A stretch of 14,014 bases of DNA from Candidatus Electronema aureum. Lineage in GTDB: Bacteria; Desulfobacterota; Desulfobulbia; Desulfobulbales; Desulfobulbaceae. The position numbers were made by a program, and so were the translations under genes. The stretch lies in the NCBI GenBank assembly GCA_004284765.1, contig NQJD01000049.1, positions 1 through 14,014 on the forward strand, in the 5' to 3' direction. The notes under the pieces were generated by a model, which did no database searches, was not told the DNA's origin, and saw nothing but the letters and a program-made list of their open reading frames with translations. This document shows, one piece after another, positions 1 through 8,025 of the stretch. Each line of letters begins with the position of its first letter. The first letter of the stretch is position 1.

Positions 1-135
1 CCCCTGATTTAAACCCGATAGAAAAATTTTGGGCTTCCATGAAGGCGAAAATTAAAAAAATAGCTGACGGCATCAAGAGTTTAAGCGTTTGCGTCGAGAC
101 GGTTTTCCAGACGATCTAAAAACTGAAGTACTATA
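1..135 (+). mobile_element. Right end of an IS630/Tc1-mariner-family insertion sequence; the element continues off the left edge
   Basis: The transposase C-terminus is encoded at 3-119. Similarity of the downstream TPR gene to its own internal repeat begins only at about 134 (TAC AGA AAA TCA CTG GCT ATC AA). That point sits at a TA dinucleotide (134-135), the usual IS630-family target. The exact terminal inverted repeat cannot be defined without the other end. Confidence 0.65.
3..119 (+). CDS. IS630-family DDE transposase, C-terminal 38 codons (partial, 5' end outside the window)
   Basis: Frame 3 reads PDLNPIEKFWASMKAKIKKIADGIKSLSVCVETVFQTI with a stop at 117-119. PDLNPIE-x-(F/L)W is the conserved C-terminal block of IS630-family transposases. 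It is too short for the ORF track. Confidence 0.7.
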   Translation, partial: PDLNPIEKFWASMKAKIKKIADGIKSLSVCVETVFQTI

Positions 136-571
136 CAGAAAATCACTGGCTATCAAGGAAAAACAGGATGACGAGCACGGGGTGGCTCTCATTTATCACC
201 AGTTGGGAATAATAGCCCAAGAACAATGCGATTTTGTCGCAGCGGAACAATGGTTCAAAAAATCACTGGCTATCAAAGAAAAACAGGACGACGAACATGG
301 GGCGGCTTCAACATTTAACCAGCTTGGACAGCTGCTCCGCTTACAAGAGGATTACGTAAGTGCCGCAGCATGGTACATGAAGGCCCTGCTAATTTTTTTG
401 CGTTATAAGGATCAATATCGCTTTAACCTTGTACTAGAAAATTTTATAGGGGCACTCAAAGCCGCCGACCCGGAAACGCAAACCCTGCTTCGGCAAAAAT
501 GGCAGCAGGCCGAACTAGAGCAAATCATCCCCCTTGCGCAATTGGAGCAGAAATTCAATGAAGACAACTGA
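134..571 (+). pseudogene. TPR-repeat protein, C-terminal remnant, 5'-truncated by the IS630 insertion
   Basis: There are 40-aa TPR-like units: YRKSLAIKEKQDDEHGVALIYHQLGIIAQEQCDFVAAEQW, then FKKSLAIKEKQDDEHGAASTFNQLGQLLRLQEDYVSAAAWY, followed by a helical tail. The track ORF start (TTG at 89) lies inside IS-derived sequence, so codons 89-133 are read-through, not native N-terminus. Confidence 0.7.
138..310 (+). repeat. Intragenic 120-bp-period tandem repeat encoding the TPR units
   Basis: aaaatcactggctatcaaggaaaaacaggatgacgagcacgggg (138 onward) recurs as aaaatcactggctatcaaagaaaaacaggacgacgaacatgggg (258 onward) with only a few substitutions. Confidence 0.8.
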
Positions 572-727
572 ACAAGACCGTCGCATCCTCCACACCTTGG
601 CCGCCGCTGACCCGGATTTTGCCGCGTTTAAGGCAAAATTCTCCGCAGCAATCCAGCCTTATGGACAATAGATGAATTGCATGTTAAGTAGGAGCGAGAA
701 ATCTTTCGCCCTAACCAGTCTTTTTCC

Positions 728-1489
728 ATGATTATGCCTCAACAAATCGGCATTGTCGGTGTGCCGCCACTGGAAATCATCCGCCAGCTCAACGCGGAGC
801 AGGCGGCAATTATTGATCTCGACGAGCCGCAGCTTGTCCTGCCCATAGACCAGAGCGATCAATACCTGCCGCGAGTGTACTGCGCCATCCTGCGCACCGT
901 GCTGCTCAACGCTCTCAATCTGCGCCTGGAGCGGATTTATGTGGATGTCGGGCCGGGAAAATGCGACTGCGCCCTGCATGTCGCCGCCGTGCTGAAGGAT
1001 ATTCTCAGTATCCCGGTCATCGCCACGCGCAACACCGACACGCAGAGCTTCGGTTTTCCTGTCTGCCAAAGCAGTTTGCCGCTGATCGAGAAAATGCGGC
1101 GGATCACCAAGGGCGTGCAAAGCTGCCAGCCTTGGCCGCAGCTGCCGGCCTGCCCGCCAACCGCTGGTTTCTGGGGCGTGCCGCCGCGCGACTTCTCCAT
1201 CCTTGCGCCCTTCCCGGACAGCACCCACATCTACGGCTGGACGCGCTGCATGGAAAATAAAACTCCGGCGGATTTGGAGCTGGAATCGTATTGCAATCCA
1301 GCGGTGCCGACGGTCTTCTTCGCCCAGTCCTTCTGCGCCAAAACCGCGTTAGCCAAGCATCTTGCTGCCCGGCATCCCAAGGCGCTCTGGGTGGATTGCG
1401 ATGTCAGCGCAGGCTCCAGCGCACGGGCGAAGATTGAGGCGTTTCTGGAATTATCCGGCGTGCTTGGAGACGGTTGTGCTGCTGGCTGA
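728..1489 (+). CDS. Short 2-hydroxyacyl-CoA dehydratase (HGD-D / BcrC-BadD) family-like protein, 253 aa
   Basis: The pattern matches the family when read by eye: N-terminal IGIVGVPPLEIIRQLNA; a Cys-containing helix LPRVYCAILRTVLLNAL; GKCDCALH; FWGVPPRDF...GWTRCMEN; and FFAQSFCAKT...ALWVDCDV. The gene overlaps the downstream activase-like gene. There is no good Shine-Dalgarno (SD, ribosome-binding) sequence, and ATG 734 is an alternative start. Confidence 0.55.
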   Translation: MIMPQQIGIVGVPPLEIIRQLNAEQAAIIDLDEPQLVLPIDQSDQYLPRVYCAILRTVLLNALNLRLERIYVDVGPGKCDCALHVAAVLKDILSIPVIATRNTDTQSFGFPVCQSSLPLIEKMRRITKGVQSCQPWPQLPACPPTAGFWGVPPRDFSILAPFPDSTHIYGWTRCMENKTPADLELESYCNPAVPTVFFAQSFCAKTALAKHLAARHPKALWVDCDVSAGSSARAKIEAFLELSGVLGDGCAAG

Positions 1490-2111
1490 TTTCGGCACCT
1501 CCTACTGCAAGCTGCTCGACACGGCACAGAACGCAGGGCCGCAGATCATTCCTGCCCGCGAGCTGCCCCGCGATTTCCAAGCGGACATCGGCACCGGCCA
1601 CAACGCCAAACGGCGCAGCACAAGCACGGTCAACGAGCTGACCGCGCTGGCGCGGGGCGGCAGGCGAATGATCGCCGAGTCGGATTTCACGTTGCTCGAC
1701 TGCGGCAGCCGGGACATCAAGTTTGTCCGCTTCAAGAACGGCGAGATGGCGGACATGGGCTGGAACGCCGAGTGCGGTGCCTCAATGGGCTTCACCATCG
1801 AACTGCTTGCCCAGTATTACCGCCTTGATTACGCCGCCGTGCCTGTGCCAGAGAGCGGCTTCTCCGTCACCTGCGGCGTGCTCGGCCTGAGCAGCATCTT
1901 TGACGCAGTGGCATCAGGCAGTTCTGAGCTAGAGGCCGCAGCTAAGTTTGTGCGCGGCATAGCCCGCAATGCCTTCCGCTTTGCGGGTTCGCCGGAGAAG
2001 CTCTATCTTTCTGGTGGGCTGTGTGAAAATCCGCTCTTTGTCGCTTGCTTTCCCTGCGAAATCATCCCGCTGGGTCGTTTTGTCCTACTGGAAGGATTGA
2101 AGGTGTATTGA
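1476..2111 (+). CDS. BcrAD/BadFG-family ATPase (acyl-CoA dehydratase activase-like, ASKHA fold), about 211 aa
   Basis: ASKHA motifs are present: phosphate-1 LLADFGTSYCK, phosphate-2 LLDCGSRDIKFV, adenosine LYLSGGLCENPLF. The two positions that ligate the bridging [4Fe-4S] cluster in activases are retained (NAECGASMGF and VTCGVLGLSS). GTG 1476 is preceded by GGAG (1465-1468) and places the phosphate-1 motif at the N-terminus as in family members. It overlaps the upstream gene by 14 nt. Confidence 0.7.
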   Translation: MLLADFGTSYCKLLDTAQNAGPQIIPARELPRDFQADIGTGHNAKRRSTSTVNELTALARGGRRMIAESDFTLLDCGSRDIKFVRFKNGEMADMGWNAECGASMGFTIELLAQYYRLDYAAVPVPESGFSVTCGVLGLSSIFDAVASGSSELEAAAKFVRGIARNAFRFAGSPEKLYLSGGLCENPLFVACFPCEIIPLGRFVLLEGLKVY

Positions 2112-2146
2112 TCCTTGTAAGTCCGATGCGTTCTGCATAAATCCTA

Positions 2147-3082
2147 TTACAATCCTTCTGTTGCTAACTCCCTGACTAACTTCTCCTGCTCGCCGATCAA
2201 CTGTTTTGGTACCTGCACCAGAATTTTCACATAAAGATCGCCCCGCTCACCTATCGGCCCGGAAGGCAATCCCTGCCCTTTAATCCGCAGCTTCGCCTCA
2301 GGTTGTACACCCGCAGGTACCTTGACCTTGAAGCTCTTACTGTCAAGGGTAGTAATTTCCACCGCTGTACCCAAACATGCCTCGCTAAAAGGAATTCTTT
2401 TCTCCGTGATCAAATTGTCGCCGTCACGGGTGAATTGTTCGTGCGGTAATACTGTCACTTTCAAATAAAGATCACCGGGTTGGCCGCCTGTTGCTGATGG
2501 CGCACCTTTGCCGCTCAGACGCAGCCGTTTGCCGTTTTCAATCCCCTTAGGCACTTTGACCGAAACATTTTGTGTCTCTCCGTTCCGGCGCAGGCTAATA
2601 TTCTTGTCCGCACCGTGGAGCACATCGGCTAACGTGACGGACAATTCGTAAGTTTGATCCTCGCCTTTTGTCGGCTGAGGACGGCATCCACCGCTGCTGC
2701 ACCCACCCCCGCCTCCAGCTTGGCTGAAAAAATCAAAAGGACTATTGCCTCCCTGCCCGCCGAACCGAAAACTTGTTCGCCCGCCACCCTGACCGCCAAA
2801 ACCGAACTGACTGAGGATGTCGTTGAGATCAAAATTGCGGAAAATGTCTTCCTGTGAATAACGCTGCTGGAAGCCCGCCGAACCGTACGTGTCGTATTCC
2901 TTCCGTTTTTTCTCATCAGAAAGAACAGCGTAGGCTTCGTTAATTTCTTTGAATTGAGCCTCGGCCTCTTTGTTGCCCGGGTTTTTGTCCGGGTGATATT
3001 TTAAGGCCAGCTTGCGGTAGGATTTTTTGATTTCGTCCGCAGTCGCGCTTTTTTCAACACCAAGTATCTTATAGTATTCCAT
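2147..3082 (-). CDS. cbpA: Class II J-domain co-chaperone (CbpA-like DnaJ homolog without a zinc-finger domain)
   Basis: The J domain reads [56 protein letters not shown], including HPD. It is followed by a G/F-rich linker and two DnaJ C-terminal beta domains (GDLYLKVTV...GDLYVKILV). The CxxCxGxG repeats are absent. Confidence 0.9.
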   Translation of the reverse strand: MEYYKILGVEKSATADEIKKSYRKLALKYHPDKNPGNKEAEAQFKEINEAYAVLSDEKKRKEYDTYGSAGFQQRYSQEDIFRNFDLNDILSQFGFGGQGGGRTSFRFGGQGGNSPFDFFSQAGGGGGCSSGGCRPQPTKGEDQTYELSVTLADVLHGADKNISLRRNGETQNVSVKVPKGIENGKRLRLSGKGAPSATGGQPGDLYLKVTVLPHEQFTRDGDNLITEKRIPFSEACLGTAVEITTLDSKSFKVKVPAGVQPEAKLRIKGQGLPSGPIGERGDLYVKILVQVPKQLIGEQEKLVRELATEGL

Positions 3083-3135
3083 ATTGTTAGATATATTCGA
3101 TTCAGAGAATTCGGCTGCTTTGCTTAACAGATAAC

Positions 3136-3163
3136 ACTATAAGAACGATGCAGAATTTGTCTA
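3136..3163 (-). promoter_or_regulatory. Putative sigma70-type promoter for the cbpA-like gene
   Basis: On the minus strand: TAGACA (3163-3158), a 16-nt spacer, then TATAGT (3141-3136), about 55 nt upstream of the ATG. Pattern match only. Confidence 0.3.
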
Positions 3164-3187
3164 TCTTGCTGCCGCTGTTTTCCCCTC

Positions 3188-3229
3188 TCGAAAACAGCAA
3201 GGGCGGAGGAAAATTCAATCCACCGCCCT
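3188..3229 (-). terminator. Probable intrinsic terminator downstream of ssb
   Basis: On the minus strand: AGGGCGGTGG, loop attgaatttt, CCTCCGCCCT (9 of 10 bp paired, GC-rich), followed by TTGCTGTTTTC. Confidence 0.45.
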
Positions 3230-3258
3230 CGGATGCCGCATCAATAGGGCAAAATGTT

Positions 3259-3720
3259 TCAGAAGGGTACGTCGCTGCCTGTGCCACCACCACCGGAGGA
3301 ATAGGAACCGCCGCCGCCGTCATAGCCACCTGAAGAAGGAGGACCGCCTGCTGCCGGGCCGGGGTCGCTGTTATAATAACCGCTACTGTCTCCCCCTTTA
3401 GGCGTAAGAAACTGTACATCTCGGGCAACCACCTCAGTTGTCCAGCGATCATGGCCATCCTTATCCTGCCATTTTCTCGTTTGGAGCTTGCCTTCGATAT
3501 AAACCTTGGAACCTTTGTGCAGATATTCGCCGCAAGTTTCTGCTAATCGTCTCCAGACAACAACCCGATGCCATTCGGTTTGTTCCTTCATCTGACCGTC
3601 CTGCCCCTTCCAACGCTCGGATGTGGCAACATTAAAGGAAGCCACCGGGGTGCCGTCTTGGATGTATTTAATCTCTGGATCAGCACCAAGATTGCCGATT
3701 AAAATTACCTTGTTGATCAT
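3259..3720 (-). CDS. ssb: Single-stranded DNA-binding protein
   Basis: The OB-fold N-terminus reads [19 protein letters not shown]...TEWHRVVVW...[17 protein letters not shown]. It is followed by a Gly/Ser/Pro-rich tail ending in the acidic tip DVPF. Confidence 0.95.
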   Translation of the reverse strand: MINKVILIGNLGADPEIKYIQDGTPVASFNVATSERWKGQDGQMKEQTEWHRVVVWRRLAETCGEYLHKGSKVYIEGKLQTRKWQDKDGHDRWTTEVVARDVQFLTPKGGDSSGYYNSDPGPAAGGPPSSGGYDGGGGSYSSGGGGTGSDVPF

Positions 3721-3842
3721 TTTTCACCTGTTGCTATATTGTTTCAAATGCGCTGCACTTTCTGACTTCATCATAATCCTGAACGCTAAAAAAAGCAGCA
3801 TTCAATTTACGCAAACCAGCACACAGGACAGCGCAACAGTGC

Positions 3843-3871
3843 TTGCGCTCCGCAATTTCTTTCAGTATAAT
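3843..3871 (+). promoter_or_regulatory. Putative sigma70-type promoter for the L,D-transpeptidase gene
   Basis: TTGCGC (3843-3848), a 17-nt spacer, then TATAAT (3866-3871), about 105 nt upstream of ATG 3978. A 7-bp inverted repeat (ccgcttg ... caagcgg, about 3902-3932) lies in the leader. Confidence 0.4.
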
Positions 3872-3977
3872 TAATTGTACTGAGAATCATTTAAATTTCT
3901 TGCCGCTTGGAAAGCCATTCGCTTCAAGCGGAGTCAGCAGCAAGACATCTTTAATCACCTACCGCCATCGGACAACA

Positions 3978-5780
3978 ATGCGTTTTTTCCGTTTATTTCA
4001 GGCTAAGACGACTGCGCAGGCCGGGCATATCATTCTCTGTCTTGCCCTGCATTGCACCGCCGCCTTTTTTTGCAGCCTGACTGGGCAAGCGCAAACCATC
4101 GGTCAGGAACAGTGTCTGCCGCAGTCGCCCCCTGTTCTGCCTGATCTCCCTCCTTCCGGCCTGTCGCCGCTCCAGCAGAGCTTGTATTGGCTGCTCAAGA
4201 GCAAACCCACAGCTCGGTTTGGCTTTACCGGTCTCCAAGATGATCCGGCGCAGATGGACGCGCTACTGACAGAATTGTATATGGATTGCGGCATCATCCC
4301 GCGTTGGGTGACTGAATACGGGCCGGATCAGAAAAGAGTGCATGATTTGCTGGAAGTGCTGGAAAAGGCAGGTGAGGAAGGATTGGTACCTGCCCGTTAC
4401 CGGCCTGCGGACATCGTTGCTCTGCTGCCTGCCAGAGATCGAGAAAGCCTTGCCCGTCTTGATATTCTGCTTACTTTGGCGATGAGCAGCTATATCAACG
4501 ATATGCGAAAGGGAAGAGCAGCCAGTAGTCGCTTTGACCCAAATTTGCTTGCCGCTGTCCGCGACAGCGGAGGCGATGTGCCGCAGATGATCAAGGAAGG
4601 GTTGATTTCCTCTAATTTAAAGCAATTTTTGGCAATGCAGGCCCCGCAGCACCAAGCCTATTTTGCCCTGAAAAAGCTGTTAGCTGAATACCGACGGATA
4701 GAGGCAGCTGGCGGCTGGCCGCAGATTCCAACAGGGAAAAAACTCGAACCGGGTATGGCCGACGAACGACTCGGCTTGCTGGCGCAGCGTCTGCTTATCA
4801 CCGGCGACCTTCCTTCTAGTTCTGCGACGGACATTCAACAAAAAACGTTTGAAATGTATGACGACGAGTTAGTCAAAGCAGTTAAGCATTTTCAAACCCG
4901 CTACAATCTGGAGCATGACGGCATTATCGGCACAACCACCTTGATTGCCCTTAATATTCCGGTGCAGGATCATATCAGCAAAATTATCCTCAATCTCGAA
5001 CGCTGGCGTTGGTTGCCGCATCAGTTAGGTGGTCGCCGTCTATTAGTCAACATAGCTGGTTTCTCGCTGACTGGCATGAATGACGAACAAACAGAATTGT
5101 TCATGCCAGTGATTGTTGGTGAATTTAACCACAAGACCCCGGTATTTAGTGAGGCCATGACCTATATGGAGATCAATCCTTATTGGACAGTGCCGCCCTC
5201 TATTGCCCGCAAAGAAATCGTGGGAAAAATGCAAAAAGACCCACGCTATCTGAGCAAGCAGCGTATCCGCATTTTTACAGGCTGGCATGAAAGTGCGGCA
5301 GAAATTTCACCAGCGGCCATTAATTGGCACACTATCGGCGCAGGCATTACTCGCTATCGGCTGCGCCAAGAACCTGGCAAGGGCAATGCTCTTGGGACGA
5401 TCAAATTTATATTTCCCAACAATAAAAGTATTTACATGCACGACACCCCAGGGCAGGCTCTGTTCAAACAGGTAAAGCGTTCATTCAGCCACGGCTGCAT
5501 TCGTGTTAGTCGCCCCCTTGACTTAGCCACGTATATCCTGCAACACGACGGCCAAGAGATGTCAGAGAAGCAGCTGAAAAAACGAATTGCCTCAGGGAAG
5601 CAGATCGCAATTATCCTCAAGAATCCAATACCAGTGCATATTCTGTATCTGACCGCGCTGGTAGCAGAAGACGGAACTGCACATTTCTACGATGACGTTT
5701 ATGGCAACGATGCTCTATTAGCCGAAGCTCTACGTGTTGATAGCCCAGACAAACCGGGCCAGTATTCCTTCAGCGAATAA
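3978..5780 (+). CDS. L,D-transpeptidase, YcbB/LdtD-like (PG-binding domain plus YkuD catalytic domain), 600 aa
   Basis: From ATG 3978 there is a signal peptide: MRFFRLFQAKTTAQAGHIILCLALHCTAAFFCSLTGQAQT. The peptidoglycan-binding repeat reads VKAVKHFQTRYNLEHDGIIGTTTLIALN. The YkuD active site reads IYMHDTP...SFSHGCIRV. The track's TTG 3843 extension has no signal-peptide logic. Confidence 0.85.
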   Translation: MRFFRLFQAKTTAQAGHIILCLALHCTAAFFCSLTGQAQTIGQEQCLPQSPPVLPDLPPSGLSPLQQSLYWLLKSKPTARFGFTGLQDDPAQMDALLTELYMDCGIIPRWVTEYGPDQKRVHDLLEVLEKAGEEGLVPARYRPADIVALLPARDRESLARLDILLTLAMSSYINDMRKGRAASSRFDPNLLAAVRDSGGDVPQMIKEGLISSNLKQFLAMQAPQHQAYFALKKLLAEYRRIEAAGGWPQIPTGKKLEPGMADERLGLLAQRLLITGDLPSSSATDIQQKTFEMYDDELVKAVKHFQTRYNLEHDGIIGTTTLIALNIPVQDHISKIILNLERWRWLPHQLGGRRLLVNIAGFSLTGMNDEQTELFMPVIVGEFNHKTPVFSEAMTYMEINPYWTVPPSIARKEIVGKMQKDPRYLSKQRIRIFTGWHESAAEISPAAINWHTIGAGITRYRLRQEPGKGNALGTIKFIFPNNKSIYMHDTPGQALFKQVKRSFSHGCIRVSRPLDLATYILQHDGQEMSEKQLKKRIASGKQIAIILKNPIPVHILYLTALVAEDGTAHFYDDVYGNDALLAEALRVDSPDKPGQYSFSE

Positions 5781-5788
5781 AACGGAAA

Positions 5789-7939
5789 TCACGTCTCCGC
5801 CATCGGCAAAGTGATGGTGAAGGCGGCTCCGGTTCTGCCATCATCAACGTTGCGCACGCTGACCTTGCCGCCGTGGTGTTCCATGATAGTGCGGACGATA
5901 TACAGCCCTAAGCCCATGTGCGGGCGGTCATCCTTCAAAGGTCGGTGTGAAATCATGGAGTTGAAAATCTGCTGCTGCATGGTTGGCTCAATCAAAGGCC
6001 CTTGATTGAGCACTTGCAGCGACACGGTGTCCGCCTGTTCCTCTAACTTCAGCTCCACCGGGGTACCAGAAACATGGAAAGAAACCGCATTTTCCACAAG
6101 TTTATCTAATGCCTGATGCAGACGAACTGGGTCTCCCATAACCATGACCTCTTGTTCTGGCGGCTGATAAACAAAATCCGTCCCGCTGAAGGCTAACTGC
6201 CAGCCGTGTTCAAGCCACATGGATACCGCTTTTCCTAAATCTAACAGCTCCATACTGTCTAAGAGTAGCGCGTTTTTCAAGCTGGCGGCTTCGCGAATAG
6301 AGGTCAGCAGCCCCTCTAACCGCTGCACATCCCGTTCAGCCCAGCGGATGTACTCCATGATTTGTTTCGACGGACTTTCCTGTTGCCGGAGTTGTTCTTG
6401 CTTGAGATTTTTCAGCGAGGCTGCAACCCCAGCCAGCGGGGTACGCATCTCATGCTCCAAGTTGTCGGCCATCCTCTCGCGATGCTCAATTTGCTGTCGA
6501 AGTTGCTTCAGCATCGCATCTAACGTCCGCCCCAGATCACCGATCTCGTCTTCAGCCTGATTTATTGTAATGGTACTGTGGATGTGACCGTCTGGAGTGA
6601 TGGCTGAGGCGGCCTGATCGCGCAGCTGCCGAATCCGACCTGATAGCCGATAAGCAAAAAGAAAAAAGATACCGCCGCCGAAAAAAAAGGCCAGCACAGA
6701 CAGCGTGATGGTTTCTTCGATCATCCGGTTGCTTAGAGCAAGAATGGAGTTAGTGGTTTGCTCCACCACCACAGCGGCGATGACCTTGCCGCCCTCATAC
6801 AATGGGGTGATAGCAGTCATCACCTCCGCCTGTCCGTCCTCCATCAGGTAATTGGTAATGGAATGTTTTCCGCCTAATCCTTCTTTAATGCCCTGTAAAT
6901 CCAGCGCAGTGGGTTGTGATATCTGTTCTTGGATTTCAGCAGTGAACGATGTGGTGAAAAAACGATAAAGTGGCTGAAATAACTCGCTGGCTCGGCGCAT
7001 GAGCTTGGCAAACTGATCCGCGTCCGCCGGAAGGCTTTCTGGCTTGCGCAAACTACCCACTTGTGCCCTGATCCGCTGATTCTGATCAACTACCCGAATC
7101 CGGGCGTATGGTCGGTCAAGCGAGCGGAGGATTTCCTCAATCGGCTCAGAGGTGCTGAGTAGCCAGCCCGGCTCTTGATTTTCCGCCAGATTAGCAGTAC
7201 CGATCAGTACCCTGACGCTCCGCTCTTGATCATCATCAACATCAGCCACCGTAAAGGCGAGCTTACTCCCTAGGAGTTCCAGCGGAATGCGTAATTCTAA
7301 AATATAACCGCTCTCGTTCTGCTTCCAAGCACCATGAATACGCTGTTCGCTGACCGGAAATTTGATTGGGTTGTCCGGCATTAAGAAACCGTTGACCCAA
7401 CCTGGTTCATACGGAGCGATCAGATATTTGCGCTGTCCCTGCTGATCTTCAATGACTATCTGAAGATGATCAGAGCGATCAAGGCGGAGCGAATTACGAC
7501 TACGGTAGATCACTTGATCATCTTGTACTTCAAAAAAAGCGTAGAGGTGCTTGTCCTGTTTGCCGACTAAATGACGAAAACTGAGTGTTTGCGGCAAATA
7601 AGATTCTTGTGAACTGAGCAAATGTTCTTTACCGAATTGTTCAGCCTGAGTCAATTCTGGCTGCCAATCCTCAAGACTGCCGTCTAAGCGAATGATATTA
7701 GAAAGCTGAAAAAGATAAAGATCGCGGTTTTGGTTAAGAGCATGAAACTGTTCCCGATTAAAGAGGTCACTGCGGTTAGTCAGAGCAGCGGCGACCGCTT
7801 GAGCAGTAAAATTCAGCGTGTCTTTCTGGCTGATAATCAAGCTGTTTTTCAGCGTGCTATTCAGGCGCATTCCCAACAGGGGAAAAAGCAGCAGCAGCAG
7901 CGAGAGCAAGGCTAACTTGAGGCGAAGGGAAAAGTGCAT
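5789..7939 (-). CDS. Membrane sensor histidine kinase with a large periplasmic sensor domain
   Basis: TM1 is aa 9-24. The periplasmic region spans about aa 25-408. TM2 is ITLSVLAFFFGGGIFFLFAY. A HAMP-like linker precedes the H-box LEHEMRTPLAGV (His about aa 496), the N-box LVENAVSF and the G-box MGLGLYIVRTIMEHHGG. The periplasmic part shows a CBM9/DOMON-like pattern: IRLDGSLEDW, LYAFFEVQDD, DHLQIVIE, GYILELRIPLELLG. Confidence 0.9.
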   Translation of the reverse strand: MHFSLRLKLALLSLLLLLFPLLGMRLNSTLKNSLIISQKDTLNFTAQAVAAALTNRSDLFNREQFHALNQNRDLYLFQLSNIIRLDGSLEDWQPELTQAEQFGKEHLLSSQESYLPQTLSFRHLVGKQDKHLYAFFEVQDDQVIYRSRNSLRLDRSDHLQIVIEDQQGQRKYLIAPYEPGWVNGFLMPDNPIKFPVSEQRIHGAWKQNESGYILELRIPLELLGSKLAFTVADVDDDQERSVRVLIGTANLAENQEPGWLLSTSEPIEEILRSLDRPYARIRVVDQNQRIRAQVGSLRKPESLPADADQFAKLMRRASELFQPLYRFFTTSFTAEIQEQISQPTALDLQGIKEGLGGKHSITNYLMEDGQAEVMTAITPLYEGGKVIAAVVVEQTTNSILALSNRMIEETITLSVLAFFFGGGIFFLFAYRLSGRIRQLRDQAASAITPDGHIHSTITINQAEDEIGDLGRTLDAMLKQLRQQIEHRERMADNLEHEMRTPLAGVAASLKNLKQEQLRQQESPSKQIMEYIRWAERDVQRLEGLLTSIREAASLKNALLLDSMELLDLGKAVSMWLEHGWQLAFSGTDFVYQPPEQEVMVMGDPVRLHQALDKLVENAVSFHVSGTPVELKLEEQADTVSLQVLNQGPLIEPTMQQQIFNSMISHRPLKDDRPHMGLGLYIVRTIMEHHGGKVSVRNVDDGRTGAAFTITLPMAET

Positions 7940-7987
7940 GATTTGTTAAGAGAGAACCGTCGAATTTAAAAAATATCGTCGAGCTGC

Positions 7988-8025
7988 TTGATATATACTG
8001 CGTTGTTGTTAATGTGTAAACACAT
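7988..8025 (+). promoter_or_regulatory. Putative promoter with overlapping palindromic operator upstream of the TerB-TerD-vWA cluster
   Basis: TTGATA (7988-7993), a 16-nt spacer, then TAATGT (8010-8015). The perfect palindrome ATGTGT-aa-ACACAT (8012-8025) overlaps the -10 element. Confidence 0.35.

Noticed and set aside
89-133. The first 15 codons of the 160-aa TPR ORF (TTG 89 start)
   Set aside because: This stretch overlaps the transposase coding end and the IS terminus and has no similarity to the TPR unit. It is treated as read-through from the IS, not a native N-terminus.
558-671. A 37-codon ORF (MKTTEQDRRILHTLAAADPDFAAFKAKFSAAIQPYGQ) overlapping the TPR gene stop
   Set aside because: It has no recognisable motif or SD and is too short to judge. 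It could be a fragment of a gene lost at the islet boundary, but the sequence alone does not support it.
1362-1475. Upstream ATG starts (1362, 1401) for the activase-like gene
   Set aside because: They would overlap the preceding gene by 89-128 nt and add an Arg-rich leader before the phosphate-1 motif. GTG 1476, preceded by GGAG, places ADFGTS at the N-terminus as in the family.
659-1798. Multiple long ORFs on both strands: 659-1228(-), 937-1230(-), 961-1260(+), 1231-1527(-), 1404-1601(-), 1502-1798(-)
   Set aside because: They are Arg/Ala/Pro-rich, have no recognisable motifs, and overlap the two motif-bearing plus-strand genes. These are typical stop-codon-poor shadow frames of GC-rich DNA.
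2629-2916. ORFs 2629-2916(-) and 2654-2857(+) inside the cbpA-like gene
   Set aside because: They are alternative frames across the Gly/Phe-rich low-complexity linker of a clearly recognisable J-protein.
3102-3635. ORFs 3102-3458(-), 3148-3333(+) and 3438-3635(+) around ssb
   Set aside because: They overlap the ssb Gly-rich tail, OB fold and terminator region in other frames, and have no motifs.
3843-3977. TTG-initiated 45-codon extension of the L,D-transpeptidase
   Set aside because: The extension covers the predicted promoter and places the signal peptide internally. ATG 3978 gives a normal signal peptide.
5811-7915. Plus-strand ORFs antisense to the histidine kinase (5811-6005, 6219-6560, 7730-7915) and the minus-strand off-frame ORF 6874-7089
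   Set aside because: They are Ser/Cys/Arg-rich with no domain signatures, and all lie within a kinase gene that has a complete motif set.
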